A DNA stretch of 58,504 nucleotides from NCBI GenBank assembly GCA_001687465.1, contig LVLI01000360.1:1-58504 (forward strand), given 5' to 3'. Shown here one piece after another: positions 46,427-58,504 of the stretch. How positions within the stretch are numbered: the first letter of the stretch is position 1; each line of letters opens with the position of its first letter. The notes beneath the pieces are model-generated. The model worked only from the letters and a program-made list of their open reading frames with translations. It was not told where the DNA came from and did no database searches. The DNA is from Halocafeteria seosinensis. Taxonomy: Eukaryota. Position numbers and translations under genes: made by a program.

Positions 46427-48049
46427 TTATGCTTCCCATCCAGAAATCTCATACTCCTCTTCGTTATTTGACAATACCACACTATTATTTGGTTGGTCGG
46501 GAAACGGATGCTCAGTCGAGTCAAACGTCGCCCCTTCTTTAGTGCTTTTGCTTGACGTTCCGTCGTGCCCTGCGGAGACAGGTATGCTAGGTATTGCTAT
46601 CGGTAGGTTGTATCTCCGTCCTTGTAAAGCATAGTCATCTGTTACTGAATCGCTCATTATAGGAAAGTATAAATCTGCTTGGGAATCAATCTCTGCTGTA
46701 ACCCTGGCATCATAGCTCTCCAAGACCTCGGGGCGCCTAAAAGTAGGGTGGTGTCTTTGGAGTCTCTCTTTTGTGGGATGGAGTAGCACAGCCTGCCTGA
46801 CGGATTTCTCGCTTGGAGCGTAGCAACCATCCATCATATTTACCATGTGTTTGGCAACTTGGCGATTGGAAGCCTGTGAAGGGGTAGTAACCTTGTGCGA
46901 TGTCAAAATCTGGCATATAGAAGTGTCCTCGTGATTAGAAGATAATTCTCTTGGCGAGAAATCAAGATCGAAACTATCTCTCCTTCTACGGGGCTGACGA
47001 TGTTTTTCTTCTTCGGATTCTTTCTTCTTCTTCCAAAGTTCCTCCCTTTTCATCCTCTGCGAATCAGTCAGCCAAAGAATGTTAGCGATACCTTTGCAGG
47101 TTCTTCGTTTTTCTTCTGCGTATTTCGCTGTCAGCTCCTCCCTAGGGTCTATTCCTACTTCCATATCGTTTTTCGGAGATTGAGCCTCGGGTGACCGGCG
47201 ACGAACGTTTTCCGTCCTGCTTGGTAGCGACGGGCTAAGAGGGGCCGGGGACACATGACTACAATCCGCAGGTAGCTCAAGCTGGATTTGGTTAGGCGAT
47301 CGTGTGCTTTCGCCCTGTTGACTCTGGTTCAGTTCACTTTCCAGTATTTTTTTATTAGGAGTAGCTGCCAAAGTGGAAGCAGGTCTCGCTGATTCTCCCT
47401 CCAGTGGGCTCTTAAAGCACGCTTCTTCTATAGGCTGATACACCGGTATTAATTTACCGTCACTTTTTGGTTCTCGAACCTTGTTTATGCCACCATCCAC
47501 TTTACTGTTTTCGTCCTTAACGGGCCTCCATACAGGTTTCGTCAGTTTGCGTTGTTCCCTGCTACAACCTTTCTTCCGCGTCTGAAAAGGGTTTAAGACC
47601 TGCAGAGATGCAGTCTCGTTTCTCCCCCTAAGCTTTCGTGTGTACAGTAAAGGGATATCTACTTTTTCGTTTGCTTTCTCGTGACTACCAGGAATGACAC
47701 GCATTGGTGATGTTTCCAGGGTAGCTCCATGCGGGTGGCGTCTTCGCGGCGTCGACTCGGTACGGCGCTCCTCTATTGTACTCAGGCCACCACTAGCAGC
47801 TGCCTTCCCAGTATTCGACGTTGCATATTTGGTAATAAATACCGAACTATCATCCTCCTGGTCGCTTCCTAACTCAATAGATTCACCCACCTCCACGCAG
47901 GTTCCGTGAAACACAAGTTCAGTTTGGGGTTCATTTGCATGCGAGCATAGTGAACTGATGAGGCCGTATGACAACAGATCCTCTTCAATTTGCTTCATCC
48001 GTTTAGCTCGATCATCTGTTTTTTCGTCGGTTACATTATTTGACTTCAT
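46427..48049 (-). CDS. Hypothetical disordered protein, 540 aa
   Basis: Long intronless ORF, Ser/Pro/Glu/Lys-rich; no family recognised. Confidence 0.75.
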   Translation of the reverse strand: MKSNNVTDEKTDDRAKRMKQIEEDLLSYGLISSLCSHANEPQTELVFHGTCVEVGESIELGSDQEDDSSVFITKYATSNTGKAAASGGLSTIEERRTESTPRRRHPHGATLETSPMRVIPGSHEKANEKVDIPLLYTRKLRGRNETASLQVLNPFQTRKKGCSREQRKLTKPVWRPVKDENSKVDGGINKVREPKSDGKLIPVYQPIEEACFKSPLEGESARPASTLAATPNKKILESELNQSQQGESTRSPNQIQLELPADCSHVSPAPLSPSLPSRTENVRRRSPEAQSPKNDMEVGIDPREELTAKYAEEKRRTCKGIANILWLTDSQRMKREELWKKKKESEEEKHRQPRRRRDSFDLDFSPRELSSNHEDTSICQILTSHKVTTPSQASNRQVAKHMVNMMDGCYAPSEKSVRQAVLLHPTKERLQRHHPTFRRPEVLESYDARVTAEIDSQADLYFPIMSDSVTDDYALQGRRYNLPIAIPSIPVSAGHDGTSSKSTKEGATFDSTEHPFPDQPNNSVVLSNNEEEYEISGWEA

Positions 48050-48903
48050 CGTGAGTCCCTTTGATGGATTGGCTCCTTGCCAACGACGCAGTCACTGTCG
48101 TTGCCACTCTTCTATGTCAATAGATTCTTCTGAAGGTATAGTTTCTCTTGTATCTACATATGAACTACTTCGCAAATTTAGGCAAAATTTACAACTTGTG
48201 CAAAGACAGTCCAATACAGTGAGTTATAGTGGCCGTTGGCCAGACTTGAGAGTTGAAGCACACAGTCAACGCTGAGTCATAGAACTTCAAAATTTGCTTG
48301 CTTGACATATCTATTAGGAAGAGACGTAAACCATTGTCGAAATATGTGGTGTCCGAAATTAATCCTCTCGAAGACTCATGCGCACCGTTTGGCCCATTAA
48401 AGACGATGAGCAGTTGCCTAGCAAAATTCCACGAAATCAAAAACCGGACAACCATTATCGCTCTGATGAGAGGAGATTTTAAATACAACTATGAGAGTAC
48501 CCCCTTAAAAAAAGTTTTGAACAGAGAAGTTTGATTATTTTTTGTTCTGTGTACTACTTGGACGTGCACTTTAGAAAAGCTGCTGCTAGCTAGTGTACCT
48601 TGCTAATTCCGAATTTCAATTCCCACAGGGAATTTCCCAGCTTGGAGTTTTCCGGGCTCACGGCCCGGATTGCGTCGTCACACCACGTACAAGCGTATTT
48701 TTGTATATTATTGGTGGACAGTCAGTGTATGGGTCACACAGAGAGGAGGTTTGCATGTCCTCTATCTTGTGTCCTGGAAGGGACTGGGAGAAAGGATTTC
48801 GTTGCTCTGAAATAAGCCCCTGAACTTTGGGTTGTAGGTTCAAGGATTCAGCTGCAGGGGCCTTTATTGAATTATATCGAAGTCCCCCTTTCTTTTTTTA
48901 GCC

Positions 48904-51476
48904 ATGGCGAACGAAATACAGTATATAGTGGAGAAGCTCAATGAGCCTCCATTCGAAAGAAATCTGTCTCTGGTAAGTAAACGGTGCTAGAAACATGGCG
49001 ACCTCCTTTGCCGTTAACACACAACTCAAATGGTTTGGCATCTTCCCTTGCTTTCCTCAGGTTTCCTTCGATGAACACAGTCCAACAGAGCTTGTACAAC
49101 TTTTAAACGATGTACTCGCCGAGCTTGACAGCTCACATCGCATAGATGTGCGCGATGAAGGCTCACCCGAAGCTACAGGGGAACGGATGCTCCAGTTCTT
49201 ACGGGTCCTAAGGTATCAAATACCTTCCACAAACGTGTAAGTGCACACTTGGTTCCGATACAGCACTACACCACTATCCTTATTTGTAAAAACAAAATGT
49301 CCTCTCACCCTCGCAGAGATCAGTTTCGGTATGACTTGGGATCGGGAAACCGTAATGTAATCTACCCCGTCTTGTACTACTTGCTCTCTAAGCTGGAAAC
49401 ACTGAAGAAGCGAGCTTATGTTGCAAAATTCTTACTCAACATTGAGATTCCACCTGAATTCATGCATGAGCAAGGTATGCCCCAACCGTACTGTGTCGTT
49501 CGAACTGCTGCCTACTTGGTATCTTGTTGAGAGCAGTGGTCCAAGAGGTATACCAACAATTCAAAGAGTTGCAAGTGGAGTTCAAAGAGACCCACAAAGA
49601 AGTGGAAAGATTGGTAAGTACTTTTTGAATTAAGCTTTTATCCTCGGGCAAAAATCTAATTCGATGCTGTTGGAGATGGTGTCACAGAGAGCTGCGACGG
49701 ACCACCCGTCAGTCAGGAAACGCGATATCGCGCAGTTGGAGGAAGAGAAGTCTCAGCTTGTTGAAAAAATCGACCAGCTCAAAAAGAAAACAAAGGATCT
49801 GGTTAGTCAATGGCTGTAATGGGACGATATCACTGCCTGAATACATGTGCATGTGTCTGCCATCTACAGGAGGGGTTTGAGCCTTTGAGAGAAGCTACCA
49901 GCCGCTTAAGGAAAGAGCAGGAAGAGGAATCAAGACTGCAAGACCGATTAGGGGAGCAAAAATCAGCCCTGCAAGCGGCTGAGACGAGGTATAATGAAAC
50001 AAGCCGGAGATTGGCTGAAACGCGAGCCAATACCCAAGATGATATCAGTGCTGAGAAGATGTTTGAAATGACTAAGAAGGAAGCCGAAGATAATGAAGAC
50101 TTGGTTAAGCGAAGGCTTCCTGAGACGATTCAAGCGCGGAAAGAAACGCTAAGAAAACTGCAGCAGTCTCTTCAGGAGCCAGCAAAGTCAGACAGAGAAG
50201 TGTCAACATTGAGGCAAAACGTCCAATCGCTTGAAAGTCGAGTAGAAAATATGCAGAAAGAGTTAACAGAGAAACACAGCGGCTCTCAAGACAGCAAGCT
50301 GGCTATGTTTCAACGACAAAGCGGAATGGTGGCAAAAAAGAAGCAGGAAAAGCAAGAAGAAGCTGAGAGGCTACGCTCCGAATATGAGCAGCTGAACAGA
50401 GAGGTAGAATCGAAAGAAGCAAAAATGAGTGAATTGGCTGGACCTCGATATATGCGAAAAGAAGAATTCCAGGTATGTGGTTTCATATTCCAAGTTCAAT
50501 GATTGCTATGCCGCATAAAAACTTCGCACTCGCCCCATCAGGCATACGCGGGAAAACTTCGAGAGAAGACGAACGAATATAAAGCCCTAAAGCAACAGCT
50601 GGCAGACATACGCCAGGAAACTGTTGTCCTTGCTCGCACCGAGCAACTTCTGAAGAACCGTGCCGAAAATCTTGACCAATTCCTTGAGGATTTGGAAGCA
50701 CGCAGAGGGGTAACTGGTTACACTGGAGTGCAAGCTAATTTAGAGAAGGTCTCTAAGGCGAAAGCTCAAGTTGACTCTACTAAAGGGAAAACTCTGAATG
50801 AAATTTCAAAAATTGTCAGCAACATCAATACTACGTTAAGGGAAAAGAAGGAAAAACTTCAGCCTTTGATTAATGAGCTGAAAGAACTGCGCAGTCAGTA
50901 CACCGAGGTGGAGAGTCGCTATATGAAGGCCAAGAACAAATTCGATAACACCCGAGCTGGTTTAGACACAGAGAGGATATCTCTTGAACGGCAGTGCGAT
51001 CAACTGCAGAGCGAGATGATAGAAGAGGAATCCAGGTATCATGAACTGAAGATGCAGATTGAATTTGCACAAGATCGGCTTGCACGTGCCGAGCAAGAGA
51101 AGCAGTACGAACAAGGCGAAGGGAGATTACTAAGAGACTTTGCTACGTGGCATGATCTTTTCGAAAATAAAATTGCGCAGCAAGAGCAACTTGCTAAGAC
51201 TCTTAGAGCTCAACAGAAAGATATAAAGGACAATGCTGGACAGCACGCTGTACAACGAGTTAAGTTTATGGAGCTCAAGAAGCTTCTCGAAATGAAGCAC
51301 AATATCCATGAGCAAGAAGCTAAGGCAGAAGACGAAGATAATATCCCAGGGCGCTATGATGCCGTTGGAGGCGCAGTACGTATATAGCCGTTCGACTGTA
51401 ATAATTGCTTAACCTCCCTGGATCCTTGCTGTTGTTTTGTCCGCTGCAGAACGTTATGACAATCGACCAAAGTTGA
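48904..51476 (+). CDS. IFT81: Intraflagellar transport protein 81, 7 introns
   Basis: MANEIQYIVEKLNEPPFERNLSL|VSFD, LVQLLNDVLAELD, VIYPVLYYLL...LKKRAYVAKFL, KGKTLNEISKIV and long coiled coils. Confidence 0.95.
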
Positions 51477-51531
51477 GACTGGAGGCGGTGATATCGTATG
51501 GCAATCTAAAAGCGTAGACGCAGAATGTCTC

Positions 51532-52929
51532 TCATTGTGTTTCGGGTATATGCTTCGAAGATGCCTCGTGCTTTTCTATCCGCTGTTCTACACGGCGACT
51601 ACTATCATCTATCCGCGTAATGGGACATTGTTTCCTTACATGAGACTTGATTAACTTAGTCTCCTCTTCGTTACTTTCGTTTGTCCCCGCCACTTCCTTT
51701 CCTTCTTCTATCTTGCTTGACTTGATAGCTTCATGAACGCAGTATGATCGGAGCAGGTTCCGCGTCTCGTTGATGCGATGCTGAATCCGATTTAATACCG
51801 CAGCCTTCTCGTCCACTACACTTTCTGTTTCCCACTGTGAGGAGTGAATAACCATCAATGTCATTAACAATGGCAAGTACCACAAACTAGCTAGGAAAAC
51901 TGATCTTGCGTTCTTATCACTGCGTTCGCTGTAGAATTTCCAGGCCTTATATGTAACATATAGGTTTGCTGGACAGGACCAGACGGCAAACATAGGAGAT
52001 GTGACGCCCAGGGCGCTGACAACAACTGGGAGTAGACTCATAGCCACAGAGTACCCTAGAATTCCTTGTGCTGTCTCTAAACCATTTGCATCATTCAATG
52101 AAATCATTTTATATCCACCTCTGGAGTAGTCCTCACGATGCCTCCATGCGAGTGCGTAGAAATGAGGCATTTGCCAAAGAAACAGTAGTGAGGCCATGCT
52201 CATCGCTTCAGCGGTCATTATATCTCCTCCAGCCGCTGAATAACCCATAAGGGGTGGTATAGCGCCCACGACAGCACCAATGTGCGTATTGATGGGAGAC
52301 AACTGTTTTAGCGGAGTATACACCGCACTGTAAAGAGCAATATTTGCGGCGCCGAGAATTGCCGTCATGGGATTGCAACCAAAATAAAGAACCCCTACAC
52401 CTGTCCCACCGGCTAATACACCAAATATTGACGCTTGCGTAGGAGATAATCGCCCTGAGGGTAAGGGACGAGCCCGGGTTCTGTGCATTTGACCGTCGTT
52501 CCACGTTTCATACACTTGGTTCCACGTATTCGCAGAGGCTGATGCTAACCCAGTACCGACTGCCGCGCATGCTAGTGAGCCCATACAGCTTGGAATACCT
52601 GCCATTAAGTAGCCTGCAGCTGAAGAAGCCACCACTAACCCCGTTAATCTGGCTTTGGAAAGCTGCATATACGGTCTAATTTCGCGCTTCCATGACGTCC
52701 CGCGGACTCCAGAGCCACCATTGTTTGAAGCAGAGACGTCTCGCCTTCGTTTCCTCTTGTGGATAGACCCTAAAGTGGACTGTGCATCATGCTGTAAACC
52801 ATTGTTTCCGGGGGGTAAATGGCTGGAAGAGGCCCGGAGGAGCAGTCCCGTGGCGGACCTTTTACAGACTCCCAGAGGACCTTTTACAGACAAACCACCT
52901 AGTGGTTTGCATCGTCTTGATAACATCAT
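51532..52929 (-). CDS. COX10: Protoheme IX farnesyltransferase (heme O synthase), intronless
   Basis: LSKARLTGLVV, SANTWNQVYE, MHRTRARPLPSGR, YTPLKQ, GAVVGAIPPLMG and LWQMPHFYAL. Confidence 0.96.
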   Translation of the reverse strand: MMLSRRCKPLGGLSVKGPLGVCKRSATGLLLRASSSHLPPGNNGLQHDAQSTLGSIHKRKRRRDVSASNNGGSGVRGTSWKREIRPYMQLSKARLTGLVVASSAAGYLMAGIPSCMGSLACAAVGTGLASASANTWNQVYETWNDGQMHRTRARPLPSGRLSPTQASIFGVLAGGTGVGVLYFGCNPMTAILGAANIALYSAVYTPLKQLSPINTHIGAVVGAIPPLMGYSAAGGDIMTAEAMSMASLLFLWQMPHFYALAWRHREDYSRGGYKMISLNDANGLETAQGILGYSVAMSLLPVVVSALGVTSPMFAVWSCPANLYVTYKAWKFYSERSDKNARSVFLASLWYLPLLMTLMVIHSSQWETESVVDEKAAVLNRIQHRINETRNLLRSYCVHEAIKSSKIEEGKEVAGTNESNEEETKLIKSHVRKQCPITRIDDSSRRVEQRIEKHEASSKHIPETQ

Positions 52930-53316
52930 GTTATTTCCCTACCATATTAATTCTATCTCCTTGAGAACAATCCCTCTGGATGACGAATTTCTGGAAAGAA
53001 AGAGGACGCCCACCCAGGTTTCAACCAGCCTCGCTACGATGCTGATATAGATACTCGTTTCGATGCCATTGGTGGGTTCCCTTCTCTTTCCTACGCGAAA
53101 GTGAAGTGATGGGCGAAGCATGACTAATTCCTACGGTGGCTTATAAAGGACGACACGCAACTGCCAAATATGAGACGTGTTACGCAAGGTCTAGCAGCAG
53201 GAAGCCTACTACAACGAGGATGTCCCGTGAGTGCTACCACCGGCCATTGGCTCCCGATGGAAGGTCAATGAAATCTAATTGCGTCGCAGTTCCGAATTCC
53301 AGAGAGAGTGAGACTC

Positions 53317-54705
<1,389 letters not shown>

Positions 54706-54822
54706 TACTATTAGGAGGAGCACACAAAAACGATACTGCACTCACTCTGAGGTAGGTGCACCGGAAATAAATGTACAACGAAATGTATCCATTTTATTCG
54801 TTTGACTCGTTCAAATCTATAC

Positions 54823-54890
54823 AAATTGCGGCTGTGTACTGATTGATTTTATTTACATAAATTGCGGTTGTGTACTGATTTTATTTACAT
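54823..54890. repeat. Short tandem duplication (36 + 32 bp) overlapping the PP2C stop codon
   Basis: AAATTGCGGCTGTGTACTGATTGATTTTATTTACAT / AAATTGCGGTTGTGTACTGATTTTATTTACAT. Confidence 0.85.
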
Positions 54891-57800
54891 GAATCGCGCG
54901 AGTTCGTTGCGTTGAGAATTTTGCCTACCAGCCTTGCGGGAATGTGAGCTCTGTTGGGACACAGGGTGCGTCGGCGACACAGCCATTGCCGCCGAAAGCT
55001 GAGGCGTGCTTCTCCTTCTAGTGCTCGAATCCGTACCACGTGGTCCCGGCCGGTGCTCAGATGAAGGGCCCTGAGAAGTCTGCCTCGCTTCTGCCATTAG
55101 ATTGTCCAACGTGTCCTCTTCTATGAAATGCTCCCTCTTCAATAGGGAACGGGCAGACTGGGGCTCTGTTCTCTTCTTGGAATGCTTGGGGATCGACTCC
55201 AAGGTGAGAGCAGACAAGGAGTCATGCTTTTTGGGGGCTTCACTCGTGCTATCTGAATTGGAGCCGAGTAGGCCCCTACTCGCTGACTTGCGAAAGGTGT
55301 CGCCCTGACGATGTGATGGTGTAGGGGCGGTTTTAGACATTGAATCCTTGCTGGCTGTGGAAGACTCACTTTGGGAGTTACGAGGGGTGCTGCTTACTTG
55401 AGCTGTCACATCCTTGTCTTTAGACTTATCGCCTGTATCAGCACTGTTGGATTTTGAAGCAGCAATTGTACTACTAGTATCCCGAGATCTGGCAGAGCCT
55501 TTGTTTCTTCTGCCAGCGAAAGGATTTGCTGGGTTACGAGGAGCGCCTACAGGCTGGTGAGCGCTTCGTGGCTCGTGTGATCCAGAAGTATTTTCTTCTG
55601 AAGAAGTGCTCGACGTTCTCCTGGGTTTGTTCGATGATGTGGAGCTACCCGCATTTTTCTCGGGGGGCTTGCTATTGCCTTGTAAGGCGTTATTAAGAAG
55701 CGTTGCACTGGGGTTCTCTATGTCTTCCTCGGCATCATAGTGTGTCCATATATTAACCGCCGCTGTTGATACGGGAATTTCCTTAGAGTCGGTAACAATT
55801 TCCTGCGGCTCGCGGAGAAGCACTACAGAAACCGAGACGTTATCCATTGATCCTTTCTCCAGGGCTAAGTGAACAAGCTTCTGTGAAGCGGCGGCGGCTG
55901 GAGCATGGATATCCGCGCTATCTCCTCCCCTGTTCTCGTGGTCCCTGATCACTGCTGTTACTTCATTCACAGCATCTTGCGAAGTCACCACATCCCACAA
56001 ACCATCGCACGCCAAGATGAGGAAACAACATGTTGAATCCAAAGGAAGTAAGCACAGCTCCGGATCAGAAGTGACCAACAATGGTGGATAGTTAGTATCA
56101 ATCTTCTCAGCAAGTGAGGCTGGTTTACGTTTGCTATCACCTTCTTTCAATTCCACCTTAGTATTAACACCCCACTTTAGAGAGGGGTCCCCAACAGCGC
56201 GTGCAACTGCGAGTCTCCCTGATACTCTACCGGCCATTACGGCACCACCAGCTGCAGCTATCCTTGCTGTTTCATCCGGACGAGCCCCAGGGTCGGCTTT
56301 ATGATCATGAGTTAATTCTAAGGCAATCATTTTGCTTCGCAATGAGGTACCATCGTAATGGTCAGCAACTTTGACCGCCATTACAGCCCTGCTGTCTCCG
56401 GCATGTGCTAGTACAGCAAAACCGGATGTATCGTTGTCTTCGAACGCTTTTGATGCTGACGACAGCGCGGCAGCGTCAACCTCACTGTTGCCAAAGTTAT
56501 ACTGGGTCATCTTCGGACCTAAAGGCAGACTAAAGTCTGTCGCGCCAACAGTCAGTGGCTCCCGATATATCAGCCGGTTAATATTTCTTTGAATTATCCC
56601 TTTCTTCGAAAGCGCCTGAGATTGGCTATCCTCACTGTCGCTACCTGGACCCGTTTCACCTGCAGTCGACCCCTTTGGCCGAACGATGACACACGCACAC
56701 ACTGTGGATCCCGAACCATCCAACATGGAAGCTGTCTTGCAGTCTTGGACACTTGGGAGGGGACAAGGCCACGAAGAAAGAATGGAATCAGAGTTGGCCT
56801 CTGGCGCATCGCTCTCCATTTGGCCAAGACCAAACGCCTCGGTCGCAGATGTACCCATTTTCGAAGCAAATTTCTCCGCATGCTCAATCAAAGATTTCGT
56901 GTACTCTGCATCCAGAGAAGAGAAAGTCCGTCTTAAGCCGTGAAGTATAGCGCTCGCCAATCGAAGGTCTGGAGACAGAGTCGTCTCCTTCTTAGCAAGC
57001 GGGTCACCCCACATGGTAGAATTGTTAGACAGTATGTGTTGCTGGATGCACTCCTTCTGGGAGATGTTACTTAGACTTTCTTCTAAAACCTTCTGCATTT
57101 GTTCGGCGATGAATTCCGATACCCGACTACCTCCATGTCCATCGTAAACTCCAAAGAGATGCGCTGACCGCTCAACGGTCTCGTTACTATCCTTAATGAT
57201 AGTTTCACGTTGTGCAGTGATATTCGAGTTCCCTACGCGTAACAGTTCCATAAGGTTACTAACGTTCACTTCCACGCCGGCGTTCATAGCATCTTCCATT
57301 TGTGGCCGCCGACCCTTGGCTTCAGATTGTCCCCATGAAAGAAAGGGTTCCTTCCTTACTTCTGCGTTTCGCTCCTTTGGTGTGTCCTGGTTACCACTTG
57401 TAAGCGGCTGGTGTGCCACACAGTTCTTTCCGATTGTAACAAGACGTGTGGATATTTTCAGGGGATCTGCTAGCTGCTGGTGCAATGCGTAGGCAACTGA
57501 AGCTAAATTGTATGTTCTCAGCCATCCAATTGCGTCAATTTCTTCCTCTCCTTTAGACGACCGAGACCCGAAATAGTTTCCATTCGAAGTGTTTCCCTGT
57601 AAAATGGCCAACTTGATTCTGCCATCGTCAGGGTTGATCTGAAAGTACGAGGAGTAGCTATCAAGGAACCATCTCGAAGTGCATCGGATCACCGGTGGAG
57701 TCGACGGATACGCCATGGGTATCCTAAACTGCAGTTCAAAAACACCCGCAATTATGTAAGTGTAGCTAAAAGCAAGACAAATCCGCAAGGACGATTCCAC

Positions 57801-58251
57801 GTACGTTAAACTTGATGGGTCGGTTCAGCACCGAATGCCGCGTAGCATGCGGGTAGAATGTCACGTTAAACTGGGCCAAGTTTTGGAGCTTAGTTATGTC
57901 AATCTTCGACAATACAGCTTGAGTATCTGATTGAGGAATCTCGTTCCCTTTCTGCGCTTCCTGATTCTGCTGCTGCTGCTGGTTAGATTTCTCAGATGAC
58001 TTCCGAGAGGCGGCTGCAGAGTCTGTAGCGGCAGCACTATCACTCCCGGACCTCGCGCTATTGCTAGCAGTATCACTGCTCTTATTCCGATGGGATTCTT
58101 GGTCTTCTGTCTCTTCATCGGAATCAATATCGGCCGCGCAAAGTTTGCACACATCAGTCGATGTGGCAGGGGGTAAGTTCGACAGTAGATGCACGACATC
58201 ATTGGCGCCTCGTGTCATCTTGGGGCTCTTCTTACCGCTGGTCGACATCAT
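54885..58251 (-). CDS. UBC/E2-like (catalytically variant) domain fused to a PP2C/PPM phosphatase with a long disordered tail; intron 57804-57729
   Basis: E2 fold PIKFN|FRIPMAYPSTPPVIRC...QINPDDGRIKLAIL...W...NLASVAYAL...DP. PP2C motifs GRRPQMED, VYDGHGG, GST, AGDSRAV, DHK, LAVARAVGD, LACDGLWD and GSMDN. Confidence 0.88.
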
Positions 58252-58504
58252 AATGAGGACTGTTTATATTGTGAATAATGAACGAAAAGAATCCTGGTTT
58301 CTCCTTGTTTTTTGGAGGTCTTTGCCGTCCACACGCCGTCCGAACAATACCTTAACGCTTAATTACGCCCTTTTCATGCCAGACAAAGGCATGCTCATAC
58401 AGGCACACCAATATGTAAACTATATATTCAATACTTATACCTATAATACAAGGNAAAAGTCGTAAAAAAGACCAATTCNTCTTCTTTGTACCGTGCCTCA
58501 AAAT

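Noticed and set aside
57729..57804. ORF-track start at 57800 or a non-AG acceptor for the PP2C gene
   Set aside because: A canonical 76-nt GTACGT...CTGCAG intron joins the 58251 ORF in frame and restores the E2 strand KFN|FRIP.

Overview
Gene-dense eukaryotic nuclear DNA in the standard genetic code, with short (mostly 60-85 nt) GT-AG introns and tiny intergenic gaps. IFT81 indicates a flagellated protist; a stramenopile is plausible but is only an inference. About 25 genes can be modelled by hand-splicing: an ankyrin protein, OGG1, a probably organellar TOP2, an enoyl-CoA hydratase-HAD fusion, a GDP-fucose transporter, AP4B1, SF3B1, a bS21m-like protein, an ACOT13-like thioesterase, a PH protein, an NPAT-like LisH protein, a THUMP methyltransferase, a THOC6-like WD40 protein, SMN, IFT81, COX10, L-LDH, a UBC-like/PP2C fusion and several orphans. 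The first 4.6 kb is a rearranged zone. It holds one intact ankyrin gene and two decayed copies, which have been hit repeatedly by a (TG)n-tailed, variably 5'-truncated element. Three insertions have 6-8 bp target-site duplications, and their empty sites are visible in the intact gene. Other notable points: an in-frame TAG at a conserved Trp of an otherwise intact LDH; a pseudo-E2 (catalytic Cys replaced by Lys) fused to PP2C; an ECH-HAD fusion ending in a PTS1-like tripeptide; an NPAT-like protein in a protist; and an SF3B1 with Asp at the human G740 cancer-mutation position. All family calls come from motif recognition by eye; no database search was run.
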